From Octopus bimaculoides (Eukaryota), in contig NC_068981.1 of the NCBI RefSeq assembly GCF_001194135.2, positions 199,723,845 to 199,787,844 on the forward strand: a stretch of 64,000 nt of DNA, in the 5' to 3' direction. The notes beneath the pieces were generated by a model. It worked only from the letters and a program-made list of their open reading frames with translations. It had not been told where the DNA came from and did no database searches. Both the position numbers and the translations under genes were made by a program. Below, in pieces: positions 49,255 through 62,384 of this stretch (positions within the stretch are counted from its first letter, which is position 1; each line of letters begins with the position of its first letter).

Positions 49255-50470
49255 TACTTAGATGTATATGTCAAGTGATATTTGCTTCTTCTTGGTGTAT
49301 TCCAGAAGTTTTGAAACATTTTGGGGAGTGCCATCTATATTTATTAATTTCAAAGAAGTACAAAACTCTAATCTCCTTCAAACTAGGATCCCACCCCCTG
49401 ACTTGAATGCTCTTGTTGTAGTACTCCAGTCTCTTTGTGAAGACCCCATGAAAGTCCTCCAAAATGAAAGTCCTGTCACAGACTCCTTCATCTTCTCAAT
49501 GTCTTCAAAATGACTGCCCCCAAGGTTCTTCTCCAGCTTGGAGAACAATCAAAAGTTACTTGGACCAAGGTCTGGACTGTAGGCATGAGAGTGAGGGACA
49601 GTTTTGATGCCCATCTCTGTCAAGGAGTTGTTTACAAGGATGGAATTGTGAACTGGTGCAGCTGCCTCTGACCCAAATGAAAGATAGCTCTGGCCTTTTG
49701 TGATAATATTTCTTCTTGAACTTTCTCAAAGTGGATGTAGATGATGCTCTTGCTGTCAAAAATAGGGATCATCATGAGTTTCCCAGTGGACTTGCTTTGC
49801 CTGACCTTCTTGGGTTTGGGTGGGGATCCAGAATGCTTCCATTGGGCACTCTGTCTTTCTTGATCTCTGGATCATAACAGTAGATCTAACTTTTATCACA
49901 GATCATCAGAGACTCAAGTACTTTTGGATTGGAAGTAATGAGTTCAATCATCTCTTTACTATCACCAACGCATCTTTCCTTCTGTTTGTCAATGAGCACT
50001 CTGGCAACAAACTTTTCACAAATTCTGCACATGTTCAGATCTTCATGAATAATTCTGTGTACAGTTGTCACACCAATTCCAAACTGTGCTTATCGTCATT
50101 ATACATACACAACAGTCTTCATCCAGCAAATTGCAAATTTTCTCAACCAGCTCTGGTGTTCTAATGTTCCTCTCCCTCCCAAACTTCTCATCTCGACTCT
50201 ACTGTCCTTGAACCTCTTGTGCCAATGAAAAACAGATGTTCAGCTCGTGCAAGTTAATTGATAAGCAGTCTGTAGCATTTTTGCCAAATTTAACACAAAA
50301 CTTTATTATTGCATAGTGAGCTTCCAAATTGTCTTCACGTTCCAATTGCATTCTGTAAATTAGCCGTGACAAGCAGTGTTTAGTGCGATGTGTTCAAAGT
50401 GATGTTATAGCTGTCTCCTGCAATCTGGAATAAGAAGAAGTTGGCAGATCATCTTATTAGAGATATAGAA
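49255..50470 (-). mobile_element. mariner transposon, decayed, degenerate TIRs
   Basis: TVHRIIHEDLNM..ICEKFVARVL (WVPREL-like), CDKSW, YSPDLGPSN; TCTGGAATA...AAGAAGAAG inverted at both ends. Confidence 0.8.
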
Positions 50471-50622
50471 GTGATATGCTAAACTTACAATAATCTAAGA
50501 GTTATAACTGCCTCTCCCCAAAAAGACTCAAACCTTTTTGAATAATCCTTGTATACAAGATAATTTTACCATCCCTGGTTGGAAAGGTGAGTCTTCTTTG
50601 TCATTTTCTCCATGAGATCTTC

Positions 50623-51578
50623 TTTGTCTCCCTGTTTCACTAGTTCTAGTCATTTTTACAACACCAAACTTGTTTATCCATATACCTTCATAACACTTGT
50701 TTATCCATATGCCTCCATATACATCATATAATGCAGTCTTCTCTTGCACATAACACTTGATTTCTCATGTATATTTTTGCTCATTTGTGCTCTGCCATCC
50801 ATACACAACAGTATTACACATTCAGCAGATCATGCCCGCTACATTTCTTTCTTGCCTTCATAGATCCTCTGTGTTTAAGACAATACAGTGTTGCACTTCA
50901 TGTACACCCTGAAGGAAAAACTCTTTGCTACCCCAGCAGAGGTAGTAGATCCCTGAGCTTTTCTACTTGTCTATCTTCTTTTATCACGTTTGGTGTGTCT
51001 AACTTCCCAGGTGTGGCAGTAATCAGTGAGCTCAGAACTTCTTCCCACAACATTGGCTCTCTGGGACACTCTCTCCTTCATTATATTTTTTCTTGTAGTT
51101 GTTGAGTTGCAAAGCTTCAAGGAGAACAGTAAAGGCATCATTTCTGCTGATCTAAAAAGGCCTGAAAAAGCCATGGGCACTGCCCCTTCCTCAAGACACA
51201 GCAAGTAAAAGAAAATACATTTTGGGACAAAATTAGAAGTAAAACTTGTTTTAAATTTGAAATTTTCCTATCAGAAATACAAATAACAAATGTCAACCCC
51301 ACAAAATCAGCAACAACCCAAAATCATTGACATGGATCTATGAAGGCAAGAAAGAAATGTAGCGGGCATGATCTGCTGAATGTGTAATACTGTTGTGTAT
51401 GGATGGCAGAGCACAAATGAGCAAAAATATACATGAGAAATCAAGTGTTATGTGCAAGAGAAGACTGCATTATATGATGTATATGGAGGCATATGGATAA
51501 ACAAGTGTTATGAAGGTATATGGATAAACAAGTTCGGTGTTGTAAAAATGACTAGAACTAGTGAAACAGGGAGACAAA
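50623..51578. repeat. 245-bp inverted duplication (50623-50867 / 51334-51578)
   Basis: 244/245 match by eye; the second arm is flanked by the direct repeat CAAAATCATTGACATGGA (51319-51336, 51575-51592). Confidence 0.92.
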
Positions 51579-51659
51579 ATCATTGACATGGACTATGAAT
51601 ATGAAACTAGTCCATGGTTTTAACTCTATGGAGTCAGCATTAAAGGTTGTGTAGTTGAG

Positions 51660-51906
51660 ATTTCTGGCACTTAAAAAGCACCATCGGATTGTGGTTGATG
51701 CCAGCTCCTCAGGCCCCTGTGCTGGTGGCATGTAAAAAGCACCCACTACATTTTCGGAGTGGTTGGCATTGGGAAGGGCATCCAGCTGTAAAAACTCTGC
51801 CAGATCAGATTGGGGCCTGGTGCAACCTTCTGGCTTCCCAGACCCCAGTCGAACCGTCCAACCCATGCCAGCATGGAAAATGGACGTTAAACGATGATGA
51901 TGATGA
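51660..51906 (+). mobile_element. RTE tail-family copy
   Basis: Tail motif plus (GAT)n. Confidence 0.8.
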
Positions 51907-52029
51907 CACATTTAGAACAGCTATGGATATAGTCATCTAAATCAGATGAATAAGCAGGCTTCCAAGCTTCATGTTTCAGATGATGCCATGAAGCAGTAAT
52001 GCCATAAGTGGTGACATCCTCATAAATAC

Positions 52030-52560
52030 CTTCTCCAGTGCTATTTTTCATCTATCTCACAGCAGTGTTGGAAGTTGCCTTTGAGGAAGTTCCAGGGGGA
52101 ATTTACATCTAGATGCTGCATGATGTTGATCTCTTCAATGCTGCACAGTGTAAAGCCAAGACTGCACAACAGTTCAGCTTAAAGATCAATATCAGAAAAG
52201 CTGAATGCCTTTACCAACCTCTGGAGAACCTAAATTACTATTGCACATGAAGGGCTGACCCCATGCAAAACATTCGAATACCTAGGCAATACCATATCAG
52301 ATAATGCACAAGTGGACCAGGAAATCATATACAGAATGAACAGAGCTAGTGCTTCATCTGACAGGCTGCAGGAGATGCTGTGGAAAAATAGGCATGTTTC
52401 TATATATGTCAAATGTAAGGTGTACCAGACTATGTTTCCTTTTCTGCTGTATGGAACTTGAAACCTGGACAATTTATAAAGCACAAGTAGACAAATTACA
52501 TGCATATATGATGAGACCGCTATAACCAATCATGAATATCACACTCTTTGCCAATATCAG
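52030..52560 (+). mobile_element. RTE (BovB-like) RT C-terminal fragment
   Basis: FSLKINIRK, YLGNTISDNAQVDQEI..RMNRAS, KCKVYQ, LLYG-ETW remnants. Confidence 0.6.
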
Positions 52561-53269
52561 GAATGAAGAGATCCTCCACCCATGCTGGCCTGCCTCCTGC
52601 AATGGAAATCATCATCATCGNNNNNNNNNNNNNNNNNNNNNNNNNNNNNNNNNNNNNNNNNNNNNNNNNNNNNNNNNNNNNNNNNNNNNNNNNNNNNNNN
52701 NNNNNNNNNNNNNNNNNNNNGGAGCTGGCCAGGCAGAAGACTGCACCAGGCTTCTGTGTCTATTTTGGCAGGGTTTTTACGGGTGGATTCCCTCCCAAAC
52801 ACCAACTACCCTGCAAAGTGAACCGAGTGCTTTTTTGCATGATGTTGGTTGGGCCACAAATACAGGATGGAAACAACAAACTCCCCAGCCAAATCTTTAA
52901 CTCCTAACTATGTAAGGGGAAAAGAAACCATGGAAGACCTAGGCTGAGCTTCAAAGGTACTGCAAAAAGAAACAAGAAGCCATGAACAGTCACAGATATT
53001 AGCTGAATAAATATCATGAGATGGTAGTCTACAATTTAACAACATTTAAATAGTTAGATTCAGTAGAAGTTAAATTTCTTGATAAATATAGCACTGGGTA
53101 GTTAGATATTTTGTTTTGCACAAATCTGCACCCAGTTCGGAAATTTCTGAGTATCTCAGGAAATAACTGTAAAAATTTAATCAATCCTAAAAAGGACTAT
53201 ATGTCTTATTAGATGGTGGACAAACATGAGATATTTTCTGAATCTTTAAGTTCACTACATCCTGGGTTG

Positions 53270-53487
53270 TTGCCCTGCCAGTACCTCCTGACTGGCCTTC
53301 GTACCCGTGGCACGTAAAAGCATCCACTACACTCTCTGAGTGGTTGGTGTTAGGAAGGGCATCCAGCTGTAGAAACTCTGCCAAATCAGATTGGTGTAGC
53401 CATCTGGTTTCACCAGTCCTCAGTCAAATCGTCCAACCCATGCTAGCATGGAAAGTGGATGTTAAACGACGATGATGATGATGATAG
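53270..53487 (+). mobile_element. RTE tail-family copy
   Basis: Tail motif plus (GAT)n. Confidence 0.8.
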
Positions 53488-53589
53488 TGGAACACTGAGA
53501 TCATGAACCAGACAATCAAAGAAGCCATGTGTCTCTGTCTGTTAAAAGCAGAGGTTACTGGAATGTTATAACAATCTAACCACCATCCG

Positions 53590-55068
53590 CATTTAATGTC
53601 CATTTTCCATGCTGGCATGGGGTGGACAGTTTGACAGGAGATGACAAGCTGAAGGGCTGTTCAGGCTCCATGTCTGTATTGGCATGATTTTTACGGCTGG
53701 ATGCCCTTCCAAACTCCAACCCCTTTACAGAGTGCATTGGGTACTTCTATGCAATACCAGCATAGGATTTTTTTTACATGGCACCAGCACTTACAAGTTC
53801 ATAAGATTAGGAATACTCAGCTGGAGAGGGTTGCAGGCAATGGGGCCAGTATGCCAAGGACAACCACGCTTTTACTTAGCTTGATGTGTCCTTTCAAGCA
53901 CAGCAAACCGCCCAGAGTTTCAGTCCTGTTATCCACTCTGAGTCTCAACATCTGTAGATCCTTTCTCACTTCGTCCCATATCTTCCTGGGTCTACATCTT
54001 CCATATGTTCCCTCTACATATTAGAGATTGGCATCTCTTGATGCAATTCTCTTCATTCATATGCATTACATGGCCATACCAGTGCTTTTTTCTCTTGCAC
54101 ACAACATTTGATGCTACATCTACTAAGTTCGTCTTTAAAATCACACTATCGTATAATTCACACTGACATTTCCCATCCAACAGAGCATACTGGCTTCATT
54201 TTTTTTCAAGTTCCCGCATATTCTCAGTCATGGCCCATATCTCACTGCCATTTAGCATAGCTGTTCTTACACAAGCATCATACAATCAGCCTTTTATTCT
54301 GAGGGAGAGGCCCTTTTTTACCAACAGAGGTAGTAGTTCTCTGAGCTATGCCCAGCCTATTCTTATTCTAGCAACTATGCTTTTGGAACGACTTCCATCA
54401 CTGCTAACTTGGTCACCTAATTTACAGAAACTGTCTACTATTTCTGGGGATACCTCCTGACATATGAGGGAGTCTATTTTTTGTATATTCCTGGTGTTTA
54501 ATCTAACTACCCACCTGCTACACACTCAAAGACCACTTTCTCCATTAGTCATCCAGTGATACCACTGCACCTCTTACGTGTCCATAGCTTGCACTGGGTA
54601 CATTTTATGGCGTTTCTCCCAACACTTTTTCTACATATCAAGCAGGGCCATCTCCCTGAAAGGTTCTGTGTCCTACATCAATATTTTGGTCTTTGCGAAA
54701 TTAACTCTAAAGCCCTTTGATTCCAGACCTTGCTTCCATACCTGAAATTTCTTATTGTAGTTCTGATAGTGATTCAGTAATGAGAACAGGGTCTTTGGCA
54801 TAGAGGGGCTTTCAAGGGCAGCCAGTCTTAAGTTCCTCTGTTATAGCTTGGAGGATGATGATAAACAAGAGGGGGGGGACTAAGAACCGATCCCTGACGG
54901 ACTCCTACTTGTACACTAACCTCCTTGCTATACTCATTGGCAACTCTCATCTGTACATGGCTTGTACAGCTCTCACCAACCACTCATCTATCCCTAGCTT
55001 CCACATTGCCCACCAGATAAGGGAGCAGGGACCTCTGTCTCCATGTCAACAAAAGCCAGAAACAGGTT
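53590..55068 (-). mobile_element. RTE LINE, RT through tail, decayed; third PHD copy
   Basis: Reverse strand LFLAFVDME, FRYGSKVWNQRAL, CRKSVGRNAIKCTQCKLWTRKRCSG, FCKLGDQV. Confidence 0.8.
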
Positions 55069-56643
55069 TTTTTTGGGGGGGTGGGGAAGTATTTCTCCTG
55101 CAGTTGTTTCACCAGGAAGATAGCATCCATATTGAGAGAACCATGTGTCACACAATATGGAAGCTATTTAAAGTAAGTTTGTAAAGTGTTTTTTTTTTTC
55201 AAGTAGTGTATAATAAATATAAAAACTAGGGTAGAGGCTAAAACCAGAAAATATCAACACACATAGGAATAAAATTTCTGTTTTGTGTGTGAGAGTGATT
55301 TAGCTGCTACTTCTAGCAGGTTGTATGAGTAAATAAAGACTTCAACTTTTGGTACAAATGAAGAGATGTAGGTGTAGCAGGTGAGGGTTGTAGACAGTGT
55401 GTCTTGTTGAGAGAAACAGGAACCATTATAGTAAAGTATTGCAGCATGTTTGTAATTAGAAGGTTTCTATTAATGCTGATATATTTTGTATTGACATGAA
55501 AATGATCAGGACTGTATTTTCTCAAACCCTGTCCCCAGATCCCTATGACAAACCAGTGTTAATAACCAACTGAAGTTGTTTCCTAAAAGCTTATCTCTCT
55601 TGTTACATCCTGAAACATAAGTTTCTGACTTTTAACCTCTCCAAAAGTCACTTAGATATTAGGATGCTTCAACGCAAAGAATCTTCCATTATGCAAACAT
55701 CCTATCACAAACATTTCAAAGTGGACAATCTATTTTTTTGCTATCTATTTAACACAAGGTTTCTCTCTCTCTCGTTACTCACACAAAATCTTCAATAGGT
55801 AACAGGACAAGAAGCATTTTCCATTCACAAAAATACTTCTATGCTATATGTGCTGCAATTAATATATAAAATTACATACAGAAACACTTTTATCAAATGG
55901 TATTTTGTTACAAATAGTATGTTTAATGGTGAACCATCTTTGAGAAAGATAATTTCAAGTCTAGAAAATACCATCCAAGAAATCTTGTAGTTAAAAGATT
56001 TTAATGTGAAATTTAAGAGATCCTTAAAATAGAAATTTAATTTACATATGAGGGGGAAAATTTTATCATAAATTTAAGTGATAAGATTTTTACATAAATT
56101 TTTAATTCGTTTGTTCTTATTTTCAACAAATCATCTCAATAAAAATTTTCTCATGTAAATATTTACTTCTTTAAAAACATGGCTTTTAAATAATTTTGTA
56201 CAACTTTCACATCTGTAAAGTTTTACCCTTTAGTTTTTCCATAATGAGACTGAGTCTCTGGTAGGAACATTAACCGCAAATAACAGTAAATGGATCTTTT
56301 TCCATGATGAATTTATGGATTGTAGGACAAGAACACAAATTTCCAACATATTTCACGTTAATAATTTTTTACTCTTGCCTTTTCACAAGTGCAACACAAA
56401 TATACACTTCACATTCAATGATTCCCCTAAATATAATCATAGTGTCAAGGTATGTATTTGTTTTCAATTACGAGTTTATTATCCACAAAGAAAATTTCCT
56501 CGTGTTTCGGTGAAAAGGTTTCTTTCAAACGAGAGCACACGTACAGACACGATGAGAAAATTCAAAAAGAATGATATCCGAAGTATTTCAACATAAACTC
56601 CAAATGTGTACTAGAAGGTGGACTGTAAGTTTAGACTGACAAA

Positions 56644-57885
56644 TTAAGACTTTACTCTTGTGTGTATTCGTTCGTGTCTTTTTAAGAGACTGTTAGTGAT
56701 GAAAGATTTCTCACATATTTTACAATGGTAAGGTTTTTTACCAGTGTGGATTCTTCTGTGAACTACAAGATTAGAATCATCAGAGAATGATTTACCACAT
56801 ATTTCACAATGGAAAGGTTTTTCTCCAGTGTGGCAACGCATGTGGATAACAAGACTACAATTAACAGAGAATGATTTACCACATATTTCACAATGGTATG
56901 GTTTTTCCCCAGTATGACTACGTATATGGATTTCAAGATTAGAATTATCAGAGAACGATTTCCCACATATTTCACAATGGAAAGGTTTTTCTCCAGTATG
57001 TATTCTTTGGTGACTTGTCAAATCACTACTATTCACAAAAGATTTCTTGCATACTTCGCACTGGTAAGGTTTTTCCCCACTGTGTATCCTTTTGTGACTG
57101 GTTATATAGCTATTATCAACAAACGATTTTCCACATATATCACAGTGATATGGTTTCTCTCCAGTGTGTATTCTTTTGTGTCTTGTTAAACTACTATTAT
57201 TGATAAAGGATTTGCCACATATGTCACAGTGGAAGGGTTTTTCTCCGGTGTGACTACGTATGTGTACCACAAGACTCGAATTATCAGAGAAGCATTTCTC
57301 GCATATTTCACAGTGGAAAGGTTTTTCTCCAGTGTGACAACGTATGTGGCTAACGAGACTTGAATTCTGAGTGAATGATTTACCACAGATTTCGCAATGA
57401 TAAGGTTTTTCGCCAGTGTGAATTCTTTTGTGAACTACAAGATAGGAATTATCAGTGAATGATTTACCACATACATCACAATAACAGGGTTTTTCTCCAG
57501 TGTGAATGATTCTGTGTTTTTTAAGTTTAGAATTAACAGAGAATGTTTTCCCACATATTTCACAGTTGTAAGGTTTTTCTCCACTGTGGATTCTTTTGTG
57601 CGTTGTTAAGACACTGTAATAATCAAAAGATTTCCAACATATTTCACAACGATACAGTTTTCGCTTTTCGTGTATTTCTTTGTGTGTGAAAAATTCCTGT
57701 TCTGAAGAAAATGTTTTCTCACAAATCTCACAGCAATATTCAGGAACATTTCTGTTTGGCGATGTTTGTTTAGTAAATGTTTCACAAGATAAAGATTTCT
57801 CACCACTCTGTATTTCTGTTACTGAATCGATATTGTTAAAAACAGGTGCGTTATTAAAAGTGTCCAAGGGATTAACGTCTTCCAT
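56644..57885 (-). CDS. C2H2 zinc-finger array protein ZNF-C, 13 fingers, single coding exon
   Basis: ATG at 57885 aligns with the ZNF-B ATG (track ORF starts at TTG 57930); 13 C2H2 units. Confidence 0.93.
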   Translation of the reverse strand: MEDVNPLDTFNNAPVFNNIDSVTEIQSGEKSLSCETFTKQTSPNRNVPEYCCEICEKTFSSEQEFFTHKEIHEKRKLYRCEICWKSFDYYSVLTTHKRIHSGEKPYNCEICGKTFSVNSKLKKHRIIHTGEKPCYCDVCGKSFTDNSYLVVHKRIHTGEKPYHCEICGKSFTQNSSLVSHIRCHTGEKPFHCEICEKCFSDNSSLVVHIRSHTGEKPFHCDICGKSFINNSSLTRHKRIHTGEKPYHCDICGKSFVDNSYITSHKRIHSGEKPYQCEVCKKSFVNSSDLTSHQRIHTGEKPFHCEICGKSFSDNSNLEIHIRSHTGEKPYHCEICGKSFSVNCSLVIHMRCHTGEKPFHCEICGKSFSDDSNLVVHRRIHTGKKPYHCKICEKSFITNSLLKRHERIHTRVKS

Positions 57886-57912
57886 ATTAAATAATTTGAG
57901 AAGTCTTTCAAA

Positions 57913-58038
57913 CTGAGAAATTCCTGTCAATGTAGACTGCTACGATTCTGTTTACATGATAAAATGACGTTAATTAAGGCAGATGACGTAATTAAACTAA
58001 TTGCAAAATAGCGGTGTCATTGATAATTTTTCCCTTAC
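57913..58038 (-). other. Candidate 5' UTR intron of ZNF-C
   Basis: Reverse strand GAG|GTAAGG donor at 58038; TTTCTCAG acceptor ending at 57913, 27 nt before the ATG. Confidence 0.5.
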
Positions 58039-58699
58039 CTCAAGGATACCGGTGACACATATTAAAAGTCCCCTAATGTAATTTAATACATTCAGATTCG
58101 GTCAATTATCGTAATTTATTCCGCCACTTGTATCCATCCATTGTAAATGAAATATTGACCAGCTAAATAACTATGACATATCAACTGGAGAGTCAATACG
58201 ACGTTGTTCGAACTGCTAGAAAGTGTGGCTAAACTCTCTTAAAAAATAAGCAGGAATGTCATTTATTTTGAACAGCATAGATAGACATATACATATAAAT
58301 ATAGGCATAACTGCCTAATCGGCATACTCAACTATACTTATACCTAATCTGGAAGTTATGAGGCAACAAAGTCGGTGGATGGGTACACATCTGTAGTTAT
58401 GTCTAAATATGTTCATACACACTTGTATGTATGTATGTCTCTTCTATTTTTTAATTATCATAAATCTTCCACGAAGGAGGGAGCCGGTTTCCAACAAAGA
58501 TACAAGGTTCCATCTTTGGGGTGTAGTTTAACACAGACAAATTCATATTTGGAACTTGAGAAAAGTCTTGCATATTTTTACTGTTCCACTCATAGATTGC
58601 GCTTGTAATGTACGAATTAACCGGTCGATTTCTCTTTCTGAAAATCCCAGTTTACCCAGATTCTCCTTTAAGTATTTACAAACAAAACCTAGTCCTCCA

Positions 58700-58990
58700 A
58701 TTATTATTGGTATGAATATGAATTCATAGTCTGGATATAGAAGCTGGAGGTTTCAAAGCAGTTCTCCATAGATATCCTCTTTTTCTTTGATCTTCAGTGA
58801 TATTTGTATCGCATATAATACATTTTCATCTGTGCCTCGGTACTTGTAACGTTGTTTGTGTAGAATGGAGGAGACAGAGAGACCGTTGATGCACAGGTTT
58901 GGGGTTTGAGGGACTGACTTCCCTCGTTCTATGACCAAATATGAACATTTCTTTTGGCCAAATTCCATGCCTGTATCAGCTGAAAATCTT
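58700..58990 (-). mobile_element. R4/Dong-like RT fragment (motifs 6-7)
   Basis: GMEFGQKKCSYLVIERGK...YKYRGTDE. Confidence 0.6.
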
Positions 58991-59189
58991 ACTAATTCCA
59001 GTCGCAGTATATCATCGTTTTAATGTCCAGCTTAAAAACTGAAAAATTCCTGTTAAGAATTATTATGTTCAAACAGAACGCACTCCGTACTACTCCAATG
59101 TAGTTATGATATTAAACTAATGCAGTAACTAACATGGACGATCAACGCTGTCACTGACAGTTCATTATTTATTCAAATATGTTTAGTCC

Positions 59190-60204
59190 ACTTTCAGTCA
59201 TGTGGGGGTGTACAAGATTCTCCCATAACAGTATCCCAGCTCCAACTTCCCACTGAAGTCTTGCAGTGACAGGTGAATGGCGAAAATGTCAGGTGGAGGT
59301 AGCCACTGGAAGTCAATGTCACGAACCTGAATGTAGGTGGCCGGGGACTTTGGTCGTTCTTCGAAATCGGGGCAGCGGAAGACTTCAGCAACTCAGGCGA
59401 CTGAGTAGCCTTTTTAGGAATGCACTGCTCACCCTAGAAAAGGTGACTTAAAGACAGCCTGCCCTACGCCGTCTGGCCAGTTTACAGCAGTTGGCAGATT
59501 ACTCACTTGCAGTTGGGTCCACCTGAAAAAGAGAAACTCATCATTGGGACTTGGAACGTGTGTACCCTTCTAGATAATGACAATGTCTCAAGACCCCAGA
59601 GAAGGATAGCTTTTGTAGCCAATGAACATCGAGGTACAACATCGATACCATTGCGTTGAGTAAAACCAAACTGGCTGAAGAGTGTTTGGTGACTGGATCC
59701 AATGGATACACCATTTTCTGGGAAGGAAAGGCTCAGAACGAAGACTGCGTCCACGGGGTTGATCTTGCCACCAGGACCAAACTCCTCAAACTGGCATCAA
59801 TGAAAAGCTGAGGAAGATCTGCTTCCCATCAGCAACAGCCCGTTCATCACTATCATGATCATCTACGCCCCCCCCCCCAATGACACACACGGAGGAAGCC
59901 AAAACGTAGTTATGCACCGCCTGGACACTCTAATACGCACCATGATGCCTGCCACAGACAAGCTCATCTTGCCGGGTGATGGCAATGAATGGAGGAGAGG
60001 GATCAGGAGGCACACAGTGGAGGCAAGATAAACAGTAACAGACGAAGTGTGCAGAACTGATCATCACAAACACAGTCTTTAGGCAGAGGCTGATAAATAC
60101 AAGAATACATGGATGCACCACCGATCCAAACAGTGGTATCCCATAGACTACATCATCATCCGTCAGCGAGACAGTAGTGATGTCTTCACCACCAGGGCAA
60201 TGTG
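59190..60204 (+). mobile_element. RTE (BovB-like) LINE, 5' UTR and APE endonuclease, decayed
   Basis: LIIGTWNVCTLLD, IDTIALSKTK, GYTIFWEG, IYAP, HRSKQWYPIDYII remnants. Confidence 0.8.
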
Positions 60205-60321
60205 CGACTTTTACTTCCTCTAAGCGATCGAGTTCGGTCGTCTTCTCGGGGCCATCAGAGAACGCGCCGACGACGGCGCGGAACGCCGCCGCGCGTAAGC
60301 GAAATCGTCGGACCTCACCGG

Positions 60322-60364
<43 letters not shown>

Positions 60365-60472
60365 GATCGACGCGGGCTGATGACCCGCGCCTACCGGGAA
60401 TTCCTCGTTCACGGGGTTGGTTCCAGGCCCCGATCCCTATCACGGGAGGTGGTTCAGAGGTTTCCCGACCCT
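60205..60472 (-). rRNA. 18S rRNA: 18S rRNA 3' fragment (helix 44 region), missing the extreme 3' end, runs into a gap
   Basis: GACGGGCGGTGTGTACAAAGGGCAGGGAC (universal SSU site) and CGACTTTTACTTCCTCTA. Confidence 0.92.
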
Positions 60473-61273
60473 NNNNNNNNNNNNNNNNNNNNNNNNNNNN
60501 NNNNNNNNNNNNNNNNNNNNNNNNNNNNNNNNNNNNNNNNNNNNNNNNNNNNNNNNNNNNNNNNNNNNNNNNNNNNNNNNNNNNNNNNNNNNNNNNNNNN
60601 NNNNNNNNNNNNNNNNNNNNNNNNNNNNNNNNNNNNNNNNNNNNNNNNNNNNNNNNNNNNNNNNNNNNNNNNNNNNNNNNNNNNNNNNNNNNNNNNNNNN
60701 NNNNNNNNNNNNNNNNNNNNNNNNNNNNNNNNNNNNNNNNNNNNNNNNNNNNNNNNNNNNNNNNNNNNNNNNNNNNNNNNNNNNNNNNNNNNNNNNNNNN
60801 NNNNNNNNNNNNNNNNNNNNNNNNNNNNNNNNNNNNNNNNNNNNNNNNNNNNNNNNNNNNNNNNNNNNNNNNNNNNNNNNNNNNNNNNNNNNNNNNNNNN
60901 NNNNNNNNNNNNNNNNNNNNNNNNNNNNNNNNNNNNNNNNNNNNNNNNNNNNNNNNNNNNNNNNNNNNNNNNNNNNNNNNNNNNNNNNNNNNNNNNNNNN
61001 NNNNNNNNNNNNNNNNNNNNNNNNNNNNNNNNNNNNNNNNNNNNNNNNNNNNNNNNNNNNNNNNNNNNNNNNNNNNNNNNNNNNNNNNNNNNNNNNNNNN
61101 NNNNNNNNNNNNNNNNNNNNNNNNNNNNNNNNNNNNNNNNNNNNNNNNNNNNNNNNNNNNNNNNNNNNNNNNNNNNNNNNNNNNNNNNNNNNNNNNNNNN
61201 NNNNNNNNNNNNNNNNNNNNNNNNNNNNNNNNNNNNNNNNNNNNNNNNNNNNNNNNNNNNNNNNNNNNNNNNN

Positions 61274-62005
61274 CCCCCCCCAAGAAGAGGCATTATAAAG
61301 ACCGATTTGACGCAAACAATGAAGCTATCCAAGCCCTGCTGAAAGAGAAGAGAGCCACTTACATCAACTGGCAGAACCATCCTAGCTGTGTCTCACGACA
61401 TGACAGGTTCAAGGAATTCAAGGTCAAAGCTTAGTGTGAACTCCGCACTATGCAAGAATCTTGGTGGGAGAAGAAAGCTAATGAGTTGCAGCTCTATGCT
61501 GATATGAACAACTCCAAGCAGCTGTTTAACGTCACCTGGCACCAGGAAGACATGCCAACAGACCTGCGAGATGCCGTCACAGTCGCTCTATATAAGAACA
61601 AACGAACCAGGAAAGACTGCGACAACTCTCTACTCTCCATAGCAGGTAAGATCCTCCTCAGCAGACTCACTGCCAACATCTCCAAAAGCAACCTGCCCGA
61701 GGCCCAATGCGGTTTCTGCTCTGGCCGCAGCACCATAGACATGGTGTTTGCTGTGCGACAAGTGCAGAAGTGAATTGAACAACAGATGGATCTGTATGCC
61801 CTGTTCATTGATCTGACCAAGATGTTTCACACAGTCAACTGGGAAGCCTTGTGGATCATCTTCAGCAAGCTGGGTTGCCTACAAAAATTCACAACCCTGG
61901 TCATGCTCTTCCACAACATGAAGGGACAGGTCCTTTCAAACGGAGATAACACAAACTCCTCCAACATTTCTAATGGAGTCAAATAGGGCTGTGTCCTCTT
62001 CAAGC
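61274..62005 (+). mobile_element. RTE (BovB-like) LINE, RT N-terminal half
   Basis: SWWEKKANELQ, LRDAVTVALYKNK, SLLSIAGKIL, LPEAQCGF..RSTIDMVF, FIDLTK, SNGVK*GCVL. Confidence 0.85.
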
Positions 62006-62384
62006 AGGTCCTCCTCTGTGAAGAAACTTGACCTGAGTGTGTACATCAAATAACAAAGGGATTTGCATTATCATATATCCACGTTCCTTCCTTTTTGCAT
62101 GAGTGAAAGGAATAAAACACCTTTATGCATTTTTTGAATGAATTTTCTTTTAATCACAGAGTCCTTAGCATTGAAACTTTAGGTCAATTAGATATAACAT
62201 TACACTATTTATAAACCTACAGGAGGTTGGAGGATAAAAGAATATATAATGAAAGTATCTCTTTAAGAGAATGTCATTACTAGTGTGAAAGAGAGATGGA
62301 GAGATTAAAGATTTCACATATAGGTGAAAATATTCAGAATTTATTTTTCGTGTTCCTTTGAAAAGAGGAAGTGCAGTCCGTTAT

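Noticed and set aside
60205-60472. rDNA-targeting retrotransposon (R-element type) at the 18S junction
   Set aside because: The flanking element is an APE-type RTE and it surrounds the rRNA piece, rather than being inserted in an rDNA unit.
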